Virus record (IMG/VR): IMGVR_UViG_3300022661_000070 | From: a virus | Direction: 5' to 3' (one strand) | Length of the DNA stretch: 64,000 nucleotides | Shown: one piece after another, positions 27,668 to 37,377 of the stretch | Position numbering within the stretch: the first letter of the stretch is position 1 | How the letters are laid out: every line of letters starts with the position of its first letter | Notes under the pieces: generated by a model | What the model saw: the letters and a program-made list of their open reading frames with translations, nothing else | The model's database searches: none | What the model was told of the DNA's origin: nothing | Program-made: the position numbers and the translations under genes

Positions 27668-28863
27668 TAATTATTATGTAGTGTTTGTCCACAATAAGGG
27701 CAAACTGGTACACAACTTTGTACTTTTTCTAATTTATCTATTAATTCAGTATACATTTGTATACCTTCTTCTTTCTCTTCTTTAAATCTAGATTGTCTGC
27801 AAATATGTGTATGACTAGATTTCATGTTAGTTAAAGTTAAAAGCTCTTCTTCAACTTTCTTAGTATCTACTGTTATTTCTATTCCTTTAGAATTTTCTAA
27901 AGATTGTACTTTTGAAGTTAATCCTAAAAGTTTATTTCTAACCTCCACTAGAGGCATCAGATTGACTCCAGATACATTTTCTAGTTTATTTAATAAAGAT
28001 ACATGGCTAGCATTTTTAGTGGTTAATTTTTCCACGTTTTCCTTTAATACAGAAATCTTAGTTAAAGTTCTAGAGTATACTGAGTATTTTTCAAATAAAT
28101 CTACTAATGATAGTGAGAATTTATTCCATAATGTAAAGTCTGACTGAGCTTTTTCTACTTGTTTAGTTAATGTCTCTCTGTTCTGTTGCAATTCTTTTAT
28201 CTTCTTTAAGCTGGCTTCTAATTGTCTTATGTTTGCTATTCTTGGTTGTAGTTCTATTATCTTTTTAGAAGTCTCTACTTTAGGTTGTAAAGCTTCTATT
28301 TCTCTAATTTTATTTGATATTTGTTCATCTAAAACTACTATGGCTCCTTGAATTTGATTGATTTCTTTGTTTATTCCTTGTCTATCAGAAACCATATCTT
28401 TTAGAGCTGCAGAAACTTGGTCATCTTCTCCTGAGTCTACTATAAATCTAAATAGTTCTGTTGAAGATTTGTCTAATAAAAACGGATAGTTCATTTGGTC
28501 CCAAAAGTTTATCTTCTCTTTCTTTCCATTTAACTCTAACTCTTTAATTCTTAATGCATTTGATACAGCTTCTGGTGTAGTAGTTCCATATTTAGTAAAC
28601 TTCTCTCCGTCTACTAAATAAGCAGAATCTTTTAATCCTTTTTGTAATATTACTGTATGTCCTTCATGTTGAATCCCAACTATATAAGCTTGAGTTCCAT
28701 GTCTTATTGGTGTAGACCCTGGTTCTGTATACATTAAAGCTTTCATTGCTTTTATAAAGCTAGTCTTACCGTTATTAGACGGACCTACTATTACATTCAA
28801 TCCAGGTACAAACTCTGCTTCAGCGTGTTTTATTATTTGATAGTCTTTTACTTGTACTTTCAA
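27667..28863 (-). CDS. N-terminal half of SbcC/Rad50-like ATPase ending in zinc-hook-like CPYC
   Basis: LNVIVGPSNNGKTSFIKAMKAL; coiled coil; C-term VCPYCGQTLHNN. Confidence 0.8.
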   Translation of the reverse strand: MKVQVKDYQIIKHAEAEFVPGLNVIVGPSNNGKTSFIKAMKALMYTEPGSTPIRHGTQAYIVGIQHEGHTVILQKGLKDSAYLVDGEKFTKYGTTTPEAVSNALRIKELELNGKKEKINFWDQMNYPFLLDKSSTELFRFIVDSGEDDQVSAALKDMVSDRQGINKEINQIQGAIVVLDEQISNKIREIEALQPKVETSKKIIELQPRIANIRQLEASLKKIKELQQNRETLTKQVEKAQSDFTLWNKFSLSLVDLFEKYSVYSRTLTKISVLKENVEKLTTKNASHVSLLNKLENVSGVNLMPLVEVRNKLLGLTSKVQSLENSKGIEITVDTKKVEEELLTLTNMKSSHTHICRQSRFKEEKEEGIQMYTELIDKLEKVQSCVPVCPYCGQTLHNN

Positions 28864-28870
28864 TAGTCTA

Positions 28871-29032
28871 TTCCTCCTTTTTAGTCATTGAAATATTGCT
28901 CGGAGCTTCAGTTCTTCTAATACTAGTACCCCATAAATTAGTTCTCTCGCCTAAAGTTATTGGTCTTATTTCATATGTTGGTGATTCTGTACTTGTAGGA
29001 TTTCCTGTAGGTATAAACTCCAAGTTCATTCC
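28871..29032 (-). CDS. small hypothetical protein
   Basis: MNLEFIPTGNPTSTESPTYEIRPITLGERTNLWGTSIRRTEAPSNISMTKKEE with GGAGG RBS. Confidence 0.45.
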
Positions 29033-29046
29033 TCCTTTAGTTATTA

Positions 29047-29904
29047 CTATGTATTGCTAAGTACCTTTTTATTTTTTGCTATCTTAACTTCGTCTAATTG
29101 CTTCTTATACATAAAGTATAATTTGTCTAAATCTTCTTCTGATAAAGATTCTAACACTTGGTTTGGTAATGCATTTACTATTACTGTAGCATTCTCTATT
29201 TTTTCTACATTAGCTTGTTCTATTTTAGCTCTTTCTATATTTGCATTATTTATTCCGGCAGTTTCTACACTCTTTATATAAGCTTCATAACAATTTATAA
29301 CTTCTACAAAGTCTGCTTTTATTCTTCTTCCCTTTATTTTTCCATTTTTTCTTTCTACTTCTATATCTAACAATCCAAGTTTATTTAATTTAGCTAATGA
29401 TTTTTTATAAGCAATGTCACTAATATTTAAATATTCACATATATTAGTAGATTTTACAAAGCATTCTTTGTTATGTCTAGAAAAAGAAGTAAGATATGAT
29501 ATTACCATTTTATCTACTAAAGTTAATTTTTTATTATCTAATACTCTTCTGTCAATGTGTAAACTATTTGCAGTTTTATTATTATAAATATCAGATTGTT
29601 CTCTTTTAGATATTTTAGATAAACTTAAGTCTCTATTCATTTTATAAGTATTGTTTTGCATTATGATATATGAATCTCCTTCTTTTCTAAAACTAATCCA
29701 GTCATATTGTTTAAACAATTTTAAAGAATCAATTATTGTATTTCTAGATACTCCAGAATATTCTACTAATTCTTTAATAGTGACAGTCACATTAGATATT
29801 TCTTTTGTTAATTGATAAATTGCTGCTAGTACAAACTTTTGACTTATAGATACTTTATCACTGTCTAGTTCTAATATTTCTTTAGGTATGTTTAAATTCT
29901 TCAT
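29047..29904 (-). CDS. winged-helix replication initiator/DnaD-like protein
   Basis: LAAIYQLTKEISNVTVTIKELVEYSGVSRNTIIDSLKLFKQYDWISF. Confidence 0.6.
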   Translation of the reverse strand: MKNLNIPKEILELDSDKVSISQKFVLAAIYQLTKEISNVTVTIKELVEYSGVSRNTIIDSLKLFKQYDWISFRKEGDSYIIMQNNTYKMNRDLSLSKISKREQSDIYNNKTANSLHIDRRVLDNKKLTLVDKMVISYLTSFSRHNKECFVKSTNICEYLNISDIAYKKSLAKLNKLGLLDIEVERKNGKIKGRRIKADFVEVINCYEAYIKSVETAGINNANIERAKIEQANVEKIENATVIVNALPNQVLESLSEEDLDKLYFMYKKQLDEVKIAKNKKVLSNT

Positions 29905-29944
29905 TTAATCTCTCCTCTGCTATTTTCATTATAAATTATTATGC

Positions 29945-30170
29945 TACTTTTTTCTATTATTTTAGGTGAGGCGGCCGGAATTTCTTCCGAAGGTTTCACC
30001 TGAGCTTATGTTCAAACCGCGAGCTGCTCTGCTTTCTCTATTAATTATTAAAAGAAAAGAAGATGACTCTGTCGGCACGACTGTACCCCTCTTAGTAGAT
30101 TCTTAGTAAGAATCTTAGTAGAGGACCGCTGCTTATAGAGACAGAACCTTTTGAGATAGATACTAAGTAT
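29945..30170 (-). ncRNA. candidate structured non-coding RNA region
   Basis: No convincing ORF. CGGAA-GAAA-TTCCG hairpin, AGATTCTTA-C-TAAGAATCT inverted repeat, nested CCTCT/AGAGG and TCTGTC/GACAGA complements. Confidence 0.35.
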
Positions 30171-30175
30171 ACTCT

Positions 30176-30250
30176 CTGACATTAGCGGTATCCTCCTTGA
30201 CATGCAGCGGTATATTCTCTGACATTTCTAAGTATATTCTCTGACATTTC
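30176..30250 (-). repeat. four imperfect ~22-bp tandem repeats in the recA 3' UTR
   Basis: Minus strand: AAATGTCAGAGAATATACTTAG / AAATGTCAGAGAATATACCGCTGC / ATGTCAAGGAGGATACCGCT / AATGTCAGAGAGTATACTTAG. Confidence 0.8.
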
Positions 30251-31377
30251 TATTCTTCTGATTCCTCAGTTTCACCTATCATTACTTCATCTGCACTTTC
30301 TATTCTTTGTTCTTCTGGCATTAGTGATAGAGCTTCAGTGTCTACTACACTGAAATCTTTTTCTGAGAAAAGTTCATCTATTTCCCAAAAGTTTTCTTTG
30401 ATTACTTTAATTGCATTGTCTTTTCCTCTAAATGCTATATCTTTTCCATTTAAATATAAATGACTGTTTCCAGTTCCATAAGAAAGCATTTTCACTACTT
30501 TGCCATCGACAGCAACATCTTTATTCTCTAGAATTTCTTTATAAGTTAATACATCAGAAATTCCTTTTCCAAAGAAAACGTAGAACGGTAATTTAGATTT
30601 ACCCATTCCGTATCTAGATTTAACAGCTTCTGCATAAACTTTTTGAGCTATAGGAACTCCAGCTGAGTTCTTTACTACTGAACCGAACTTACTTAATTGT
30701 AAGATTATTCCTGAATAGTATTCTGGTGCTCTACCTCCAGTAGCTTTTTCTTTAGGTATGAAAGCTCCTATTTCTGGAGTAGTGTGATTTATCATTACGA
30801 ATGTTGTTCCTGCGTCTAATGCATATTGATTTAAAGTATTCATTAAAGCTTTTAGATATCTAGTGTACCCACCTACTTTAACTACATTTAAATCTTCATC
30901 TGCTCCTGGACTTAATACTCCAATACTGTCTATGATTACTACATCATAGATTTTTCTGTCTACACATACAGCTTTAATTACTTCTTTTACTGAATTGAAA
31001 GTTACTTCAGATACTACTGTAAACATTCCACCAACTTCTTTGTCAGTGTTGTCTAAATAATCTGTTAATCTTAATCCTTCAATTTGAGAGTCTGATACTC
31101 CCTGTTCTGCGTCAACATATAAAACGTTTAGTCCTTGTTGACATATTTCTCTTGACATCTGAAGAGCTATAGTAGATTTACCTGTACCAGACGCAGCTGC
31201 TATCTGTGTAATTCTACCTCTCCTTAGTCCTCCGTTTAGAAATCCATTAAGAATTTTGGATTTCAGTTTGATAGGTTCATGGTTGTTCTTTTCGTAAGTA
31301 TGGAACTTCCCTAGGGCTTTCATTGCTTCTTTAAACCCATTATCTTCAAAGTACTCATCTTCTACTTTTTTCGCCAT
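30250..31377 (-). CDS. RecA/UvsX-like recombinase
   Basis: AAASGTGKSTIALQM, VLYVDAEQG, DVVIIDSIGVL, TFVMINHTT. Confidence 0.9.
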   Translation of the reverse strand: MAKKVEDEYFEDNGFKEAMKALGKFHTYEKNNHEPIKLKSKILNGFLNGGLRRGRITQIAAASGTGKSTIALQMSREICQQGLNVLYVDAEQGVSDSQIEGLRLTDYLDNTDKEVGGMFTVVSEVTFNSVKEVIKAVCVDRKIYDVVIIDSIGVLSPGADEDLNVVKVGGYTRYLKALMNTLNQYALDAGTTFVMINHTTPEIGAFIPKEKATGGRAPEYYSGIILQLSKFGSVVKNSAGVPIAQKVYAEAVKSRYGMGKSKLPFYVFFGKGISDVLTYKEILENKDVAVDGKVVKMLSYGTGNSHLYLNGKDIAFRGKDNAIKVIKENFWEIDELFSEKDFSVVDTEALSLMPEEQRIESADEVMIGETEESEE

Positions 31378-31445
31378 AACTATCTCCTCCTTCTTACATT
31401 AAAATACTACAGAGAATATCTCCCTGTAGTAAATATTATGTTCAG

Positions 31446-32081
31446 CTAGTTAATCTTTTTACCTATTTCAGTCTCTTTTTCCTCTAAAAATTTATCGTTA
31501 ATACTGATAATTCCAGCTAAAACTTCAGCATTTTCTCCACTAGACATAGAGTATCTTACAAACATTCTTACTGCATATAAGAAACTATCAGTTTCATTAG
31601 AAGTAAGTTTACGAGGTTTGCCTCTCTTATCTAAAAGAGTTTGTTTTATAGTGTACCCATTCTCTTCAAATATTTCTATGATTTGATTTATCATATATTG
31701 AGTGTCTTTCTTTCCATCATATTTCTTATTAATGAATTTTAAATATGGAACATTAAATAAGTACTTATCATTCATTATAAGACTATTATAGATGTGAGTA
31801 TCTAATGCCCAAAGCTTTACTGCATACATTCCAGTGACTGGAGGTATCTCCATACCCACTAAAGCGTCTGGTCTTATCATATCTCTGTTTTCAGTTAAGA
31901 ATAAATCTACCATCTCTTCACTAGCTTTACAGATTTCTGCAAAAGCTCCATGACCTAAGTCGACTGAAAGTTCTCTAAAAGTAATTTTCTTCTCTTCTAC
32001 GTCTATAATAGAAGTTCCTAAGCCTTTGAAAGAGGGGTCTATTCCTACAAACATTCTATACTGTTTCATTAGCGCCTCCAT
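31446..32081 (-). CDS. RuvC/RNase H-fold crossover junction nuclease-like protein
   Basis: FVGIDPSFKGLGTSIID, MEIPPVTG, NETDSFLYAV. Confidence 0.7.
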   Translation of the reverse strand: MEALMKQYRMFVGIDPSFKGLGTSIIDVEEKKITFRELSVDLGHGAFAEICKASEEMVDLFLTENRDMIRPDALVGMEIPPVTGMYAVKLWALDTHIYNSLIMNDKYLFNVPYLKFINKKYDGKKDTQYMINQIIEIFEENGYTIKQTLLDKRGKPRKLTSNETDSFLYAVRMFVRYSMSSGENAEVLAGIISINDKFLEEKETEIGKKIN

Positions 32082-32140
32082 ATAAGTTTATATTGTTTAA
32101 TACTGAAAATGCCTTAGAATTAATTCTGATGTTAGTGTTT

Positions 32141-32611
32141 CTAACATTTTAGTAATAAATAAGCTATCGCTTGTTGAACTCTTTCTTTTTCTTCTGCTGT
32201 AGAGCCTTCTTTAATGTGAGTTAAAAGTATCTTTGCTTCTTTAGCTACTGTAGTTTCTTCAGTAAAAGCTTTTACTTTAGTTAAGTCCCAGTCAAATTCT
32301 TCATCATATTCTCTATAGTAAGCTATATACATCATGATTGTTTTCTTCATTTCTAAAGATACTCTATAAGAGTCTAAAGTTTTAGGTAATTTATCTAAGA
32401 TAGTTTTAGATACTCTATTTAGATTTCCACATAAAGAATAAAGTGTAGCTGATTCATTTAGTCTTGTTTGATTTAAATCTGCATTCAACAGTTCATTTTC
32501 ATACTTTAATTCTTTATTCTTTTTATTAAGTATTACTGCACATATGTAAAGTATTACTACTGCAACTAATTGTACTAAGTTTAAGATTACATTCAATTCC
32601 ATTCTTTTCAC
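32141..32611 (-). CDS. membrane-anchored hypothetical protein
   Basis: N-terminal TM segment LNLVQLVAVVILYICAVIL. Confidence 0.6.
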   Translation of the reverse strand: MKRMELNVILNLVQLVAVVILYICAVILNKKNKELKYENELLNADLNQTRLNESATLYSLCGNLNRVSKTILDKLPKTLDSYRVSLEMKKTIMMYIAYYREYDEEFDWDLTKVKAFTEETTVAKEAKILLTHIKEGSTAEEKERVQQAIAYLLLKC

Positions 32612-32729
32612 CTCACTTTCTTTTCTAGTTCTATATACCTCTTAATTATTACTATGTCTTCTTAAAAGAGTATATAAAAATAGGAGCCAGATTAAATCTG
32701 AACTCCTACTAAATGATTAAATGAAAAAC

Positions 32730-33767
32730 CTACATTGTTAATCCTAAACTAGCTGCAGATGGAGCTTGTCTAGCTGCCATTTCTTGAGCTGCTAGTCTCT
32801 CACTTCTTTCTTTATCTAATACTCTTTGAATGCTCTCAACTGGTACATTTCTAAATCTTTCATTGCAAGCTTGTATCAATAACTCATTTGAGTATTTTGC
32901 TACTTCTTGTTGAATATTAGGGAATTGATTTCTTATTGTATCAAATGTACTAGAGAATAATTTAGTTTTAAATGTATCTCCATCTTTGATTGTAACTAAG
33001 AAGTCAAATCCTAATATAGTTTGGATTTTTTCTTGGTCAGCTAAGATATTTTCTAGAGTTTCTCTATCTCTTTTTGATAATACTATGAATTTTAATTGAG
33101 GTTGTTTTCCTGATAAGATAGATTTACCATCACTAGATACAGGGTATTCTATTACTGGAAGTATTCTTCTTTCTTTAGCATAAATAGGTTCTCCCTTATC
33201 ATTAGTAAATTCACAGCAAGGGCATTTATCTGTGATAAATCCATTGTCTCTTATTGATTTACATCTGATATAACCTAATCCATCAATGTAATGAGTAAAT
33301 ACTGGTAACATTGTTAATGTAAACAACATTATTCTTGTACTTTCTCCTGCTTTTAAATTGATAAATGGTAGTCTATCACTTGATGTATCTTCTCCTAATT
33401 TTACAAACACTGGTGACTCATCTTTATCAAAGATTGAAAAGTCTTGTACTGGTGCTGCAGTTGGAGCTACTGGTGCAGATACTGGAGCTGCATTACTCAT
33501 AGTATGTGTTGGCACTGTAGTAGTTGGTTGAACTACTTGTGCTGCTGCAAAGTTGTTAGCTTGTTGTTGAGCTACTTCTTGAACTGGTGCTACTGGAGCT
33601 GCGACAGTTTGATTCATAACTACTCCTCCATCAAAAGGTGCACTAGCTACTTGAGCTGGTTCTACTACTGGAGCTACAGGTGTAGTTAAAGGTGTTGCCA
33701 TATCATTGTTCAAGTTCATATCTCCTAAACCTTCTAACATTTTCATTTGGGCTTCTAAATTGTCCAT
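32730..33767 (-). CDS. single-stranded DNA binding protein candidate (gp32-like)
   Basis: LPFINLKAGESTRIMLFTLTMLPVFTHYIDGLGYIRCKS...CPCCEF; Gln/Pro/Ala linker; adjacent to recA-like gene. Confidence 0.5.
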   Translation of the reverse strand: MDNLEAQMKMLEGLGDMNLNNDMATPLTTPVAPVVEPAQVASAPFDGGVVMNQTVAAPVAPVQEVAQQQANNFAAAQVVQPTTTVPTHTMSNAAPVSAPVAPTAAPVQDFSIFDKDESPVFVKLGEDTSSDRLPFINLKAGESTRIMLFTLTMLPVFTHYIDGLGYIRCKSIRDNGFITDKCPCCEFTNDKGEPIYAKERRILPVIEYPVSSDGKSILSGKQPQLKFIVLSKRDRETLENILADQEKIQTILGFDFLVTIKDGDTFKTKLFSSTFDTIRNQFPNIQQEVAKYSNELLIQACNERFRNVPVESIQRVLDKERSERLAAQEMAARQAPSAASLGLTM

Positions 33768-33865
33768 TTTTAATTCCTCCTATATTTTAAATTTCTGGTA
33801 GTTCGTCATCGGCTAAATTGTCTTACGACCTACGCTCTATTGACCTACCTATTATTAGTATGCTT

Positions 33866-34312
33866 CTATTCTTTACAATCACACTCAGCGCAATCACAAT
33901 CTGATTTATTATTTTCTATTTCTGCAGTAAGTTGCATTTCTAAAGTTTGTATGTATTGTGTACATTGAGCTAATTGTTCTAAGAATAAAATTATAGAAGT
34001 AACTAAATACTCTGGATTAGTTTGTAATAGTTTTCTAAAGAACTCTTCTCCAAAGTTGTCATACCCTAAAGACATTAATTGATAATAGAATTGAGCTGAG
34101 TCTGGTTTGTATTCTATAGAGTTAGTTTTCTTAAGCATTGATACATTTTCATAAAGTTTACCATAATCATATTCAGTTTCTATTTCATTTCCATTTTCAT
34201 CTCTTTCTATTAAAGGAATGTCATTCATTATTTTTAATACTTGTTGTAATAAGAAATTGTTGTTAATTTCTTCTTTTATTTCTTCTATAGTCATTTCTTT
34301 ATTTTCATCCAT
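33866..34312 (-). CDS. hypothetical protein
   Basis: 148 aa ORF, Cys-rich C-terminus CDCAECDC. Confidence 0.6.
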   Translation of the reverse strand: MDENKEMTIEEIKEEINNNFLLQQVLKIMNDIPLIERDENGNEIETEYDYGKLYENVSMLKKTNSIEYKPDSAQFYYQLMSLGYDNFGEEFFRKLLQTNPEYLVTSIILFLEQLAQCTQYIQTLEMQLTAEIENNKSDCDCAECDCKE

Positions 34313-34685
34313 CTGTTTTCACCTCCCTATTATAAGTTTTAATTCCAGTTTCTTGGCTTACAGAATGTACGACATGTAGTTCTCCTCTTTCTAATCTAGA
34401 TAAAGCTCTAGCCACCAGAGTCTTAAAATCAGAAGCTTCATAAACGTCAGCATTCATAGATGGTATAATAGACATAGTGTCGCTATATCTATAATTATTT
34501 ACTGTTGGATTTTCTAGTTCTAGTCTGTATTTAATTCCATCATAAGAAGAATAACTTTCTACTGAATAATTTAGCATTTTTGTTAAAATTATTATTTGCA
34601 CTTTGTCATAGCTATAAGTTACTGTAAATATGTTATCTCCTTTATTGAAATATTTTTCTAATTCATATAACTCTAGTTTCATATC
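34305..34685 (-). CDS. hypothetical protein; probable start is ATG at 34685, not track 34781
   Basis: AGGAGG-AACGAT-ATG; the upstream part of the track ORF is a structured leader. Confidence 0.6.
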   Translation of the reverse strand, partial: DMKLELYELEKYFNKGDNIFTVTYSYDKVQIIILTKMLNYSVESYSSYDGIKYRLELENPTVNNYRYSDTMSIIPSMNADVYEASDFKTLVARALSRLERGELHVVHSVSQETGIKTYNREVKTDG

Positions 34686-34766
34686 GTTCCTCCTAATTCT
34701 ATTATGCAAGAAAAAAGCATCTACTGATATAGTCTCAGATTCGATGCTCTCTTCGGGCCATTGGGT

Positions 34767-34842
34767 GCTAGCTTCTCGCACAGCTAGCTAAATGGATAAT
34801 GAAATCGATGGTAGCAGAAATTATCCCCATAAAACTGCTACC
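34767..34842 (-). promoter_or_regulatory. structured 5' leader: H-type pseudoknot plus hairpin
   Basis: S1 GGTAGCAG/CTGCTACC (34842..34835 with 34817..34810) interleaved with S2 GGATAAT/ATTATCC (34826..34820 with 34800..34794); then GCTAGC...GCTAGC hairpin. Confidence 0.6.
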
Positions 34843-34863
34843 TATTCTTATTATGCTCATAAA

Positions 34864-34889
34864 AATAGACCAGTTAATTCTGGTCTATT
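34864..34889 (-). terminator. hairpin terminator
   Basis: AATAGACCAG-AATTAA-CTGGTCTATTTTTA on minus strand. Confidence 0.75.
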
Positions 34890-34895
34890 ATATTT

Positions 34896-35171
34896 CTATA
34901 AGTTGTTGTATTCTTCTCTAGTAAATACAGCTAAAACGTATTGCTCTTCTACGAAGTAGCCTCCTCTAAATGGGATTTTATTTCCTCTAGAAGTTAGAAG
35001 TACTTTATCTTCTGGATTTTGATATTCTACTGCACTATCTAATCCTCTCCCAACTTCAATTATTTCACATAACATAAATGGATTGCTTTCATCATATCTC
35101 TCTTGTAATCCATCTATAGTTAAATCTTTCTTAAGTTCTTTTACATAGAACCTTCTACCCTGTACTAGCAT
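34896..35171 (-). CDS. possible GroES-like co-chaperonin
   Basis: FMLCEIIEVGRG...DKVLLT...GGYFVEEQYVLAVFTREEY resembles the GroES core; near GroEL-like gene. Confidence 0.4.
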   Translation of the reverse strand: MLVQGRRFYVKELKKDLTIDGLQERYDESNPFMLCEIIEVGRGLDSAVEYQNPEDKVLLTSRGNKIPFRGGYFVEEQYVLAVFTREEYNNL

Positions 35172-35923
35172 GCTATTCCTCCTCTTAATAATTCATTGAA
35201 GTTCTTATTATTTCTAAGATTATTTTTAAATGTTTTCATTAATTTGTTTATACTATCTCTTGATGCTGGTATGTAATTTTTCTCCTCATTATCATACTCA
35301 TATATTATTTCATCAAAATCAGCTGCTCTTACTTGAGCTCCTGTAGATATTTCAAAGAATAGTTTAGCAAACTTTCTAAAACTAAATTTACTAACTGGTT
35401 CATCTTTATATCTAATTATGTATTTATTAGTTTCTTCATTAGAAATAGTTTTTAATAATTCTATTAAATGTAGGTCTTCTTCACATTTATCTATTTCATT
35501 ATTTCCATTTACCATCTCATCTGATAAAGTATCTTTCAATAACATTTTAGTTCCTTCATTAGTTTCTCCTAATTCAGTTTCTAAAGATACTGTATTGAAA
35601 ACTAAATCTTGATAACTTTTCTTTCTTAAGTTACCATTGAACTCATTTCTTGCAATGTAATAGAGCGTATTTGTAAAATGTGCTACGCTCATATCTTCTT
35701 TCATCGCCTTGATGCCTCTTTTACCGTTTGCATCTTTAGCGTATAATTGCATTTGAATATTTTGTGAGATATCTTCCTCACTTCCAAACATTTGATTTGT
35801 TATAAATTCTCCTCTTAAAGCTACTTCTTTTCTTACTATTTGCTTTGTTATATAATCAACATCTTCTGCTGATAACCCTTTAGCCCATTCTTTCTTTGAT
35901 AATTCTTTGAACCTTTTTTCCAT
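35165..35923 (-). CDS. sigma-70-like factor candidate
   Basis: HFTNTLYYIARNEFNGNLRKKSYQD, VSLETELGETNEGTKMLLKDTLSD (sigma region 3/4 linker-like). Confidence 0.45.
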   Translation of the reverse strand: MEKRFKELSKKEWAKGLSAEDVDYITKQIVRKEVALRGEFITNQMFGSEEDISQNIQMQLYAKDANGKRGIKAMKEDMSVAHFTNTLYYIARNEFNGNLRKKSYQDLVFNTVSLETELGETNEGTKMLLKDTLSDEMVNGNNEIDKCEEDLHLIELLKTISNEETNKYIIRYKDEPVSKFSFRKFAKLFFEISTGAQVRAADFDEIIYEYDNEEKNYIPASRDSINKLMKTFKNNLRNNKNFNELLRGGIAC

Positions 35924-35943
35924 ATTTTTCTCTCCTAACTACT

Positions 35944-37359
35944 TTATCTAATATTTTCGTGAATTAGACGTTTTGTCGTAATCACTTGAGAAACCATAGT
36001 GAACGCATTCTTAATTACTTCTTTTACCACTGTCACTGAATCGAAAATATTTTCGTAGTTATTAATCATTAGTGAATCATTAATAATACTCAAAGAGTCT
36101 AGTACAAACTCTGGTATATTTATATCAGTCTTGGTAGCTACTCCAAGACCAATTAGTTTATAAGATAAACCAGCACCTTGTGTAATTCCATTTTCGATAG
36201 CATTTCCTAATGAGTTGACTGCATCTTCTATGCGTCTATAAACCTCCTCTCTTACTATCTTATTTGTTCCTCCTGTGCGGATTATAACACTTTTAGTCTT
36301 CAAATGTAAATAGTTTTTTGAAAAGTTTTCTAATTTTTTTAGAAGGATTCTTTCTTTATTAACTGTCGCATAATCTACAACTCCTAAAGAAATTTTTGAT
36401 ACCTCATTTATTTTTAAATCAGAACCATCGATTACTTCTGTCCCAACATATTCGGCTATATCTTTAAGTACTGTGTAGGTTCCTTTTCCGTACCCATTTA
36501 CACATACTGGAATTACCTTCAAAGCACCATTAGAGTAATTAAACATGATATTTTCAAGTATGTCTGTAGATAGATTATTATAGAATAGAATTGTTGGATT
36601 TTCTGATTGCATTGTTAGTCTCAAGAATTGAGTAATTTCTTGATATCTATTAACATCTTGATACAAACAAGCAACTTTTACAGTATTTAGTTCTTGAGTT
36701 TCAATGAACATTGTTCCTCTAATATCAGACTTCTCTAAGCAAAGTCCGTCTATTTTCTCTACTTCTACATCATCTATGTCAGCTTTGATTAAGATAGGTC
36801 TTTGACCTTTATCTAAGAATTGATAAATATCTGCTAGCATGTCTGCGTATTTATCAGAACCTAAAGCTACTTTAGCTATTTTTATGTAGTCATCTTCAGT
36901 TATTTCTTGTTTAATATCTTCTAATTCTTTTAATAAAGCATCTTTGATTTCTTCTAAATTATCTCTTAACTGAGTTGGAGTTACTTGTGGGACTCCATCC
37001 ATTTCATTTTCCATTCCCATTTCCCAATGTTCTCCATCGTGATAATTTAAATAGTCTCTAGCTCCATGTAATAGAGAGTTCATCATTACTATTGTACTAG
37101 TAGTTCCATCACCTGCTTTTCTATTAGTTTCAAACGATGATTGTTTTAAAGTTTGTAGAGCTGGTGCAATTGCTGGGTCTAAACTAGTTAAACTATCAAT
37201 TATTGCCTTTCCGTCATTAATTATTTCATAATGTCCTTCAGAAGATACTACTGCAGTATTAGTTCCTTTAGGACCAAGTGTATGAGATACAGCATCATTC
37301 AGTATTTCGCTAGCTTTGCAAAATATATCTAGCGGATTTTCTTCACTAATTATTCTCAT
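35944..37359 (-). CDS. GroEL-like chaperonin (short, 471 aa)
   Basis: VSHTLGPKGTNTAVV, INDGKAIIDSLTSLDP, RKAGDGTTSTIVMM, RRIEDAVNSLGNAIENGITQGAG, SQVITTKRLI. Confidence 0.9.
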   Translation of the reverse strand: MRIISEENPLDIFCKASEILNDAVSHTLGPKGTNTAVVSSEGHYEIINDGKAIIDSLTSLDPAIAPALQTLKQSSFETNRKAGDGTTSTIVMMNSLLHGARDYLNYHDGEHWEMGMENEMDGVPQVTPTQLRDNLEEIKDALLKELEDIKQEITEDDYIKIAKVALGSDKYADMLADIYQFLDKGQRPILIKADIDDVEVEKIDGLCLEKSDIRGTMFIETQELNTVKVACLYQDVNRYQEITQFLRLTMQSENPTILFYNNLSTDILENIMFNYSNGALKVIPVCVNGYGKGTYTVLKDIAEYVGTEVIDGSDLKINEVSKISLGVVDYATVNKERILLKKLENFSKNYLHLKTKSVIIRTGGTNKIVREEVYRRIEDAVNSLGNAIENGITQGAGLSYKLIGLGVATKTDINIPEFVLDSLSIINDSLMINNYENIFDSVTVVKEVIKNAFTMVSQVITTKRLIHENIR

Positions 37360-37377
37360 CTTTTTTCCTCCTCTTTA

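Noticed and set aside
26700-28863. SbcC split as another CGG frameshift case
   Set aside because: No in-frame CGG at either end, and an independent ORF sits between the halves
30176-30250. CRISPR array
   Set aside because: Only four degenerate ~22-bp tandem units without unique spacers of consistent length, and no cas genes
34686-34781. Track N-terminus MREASTQWPEES... of ORF 34305..34781
   Set aside because: It lies over a structured leader, and a strong RBS (AGGAGG) precedes ATG 34685
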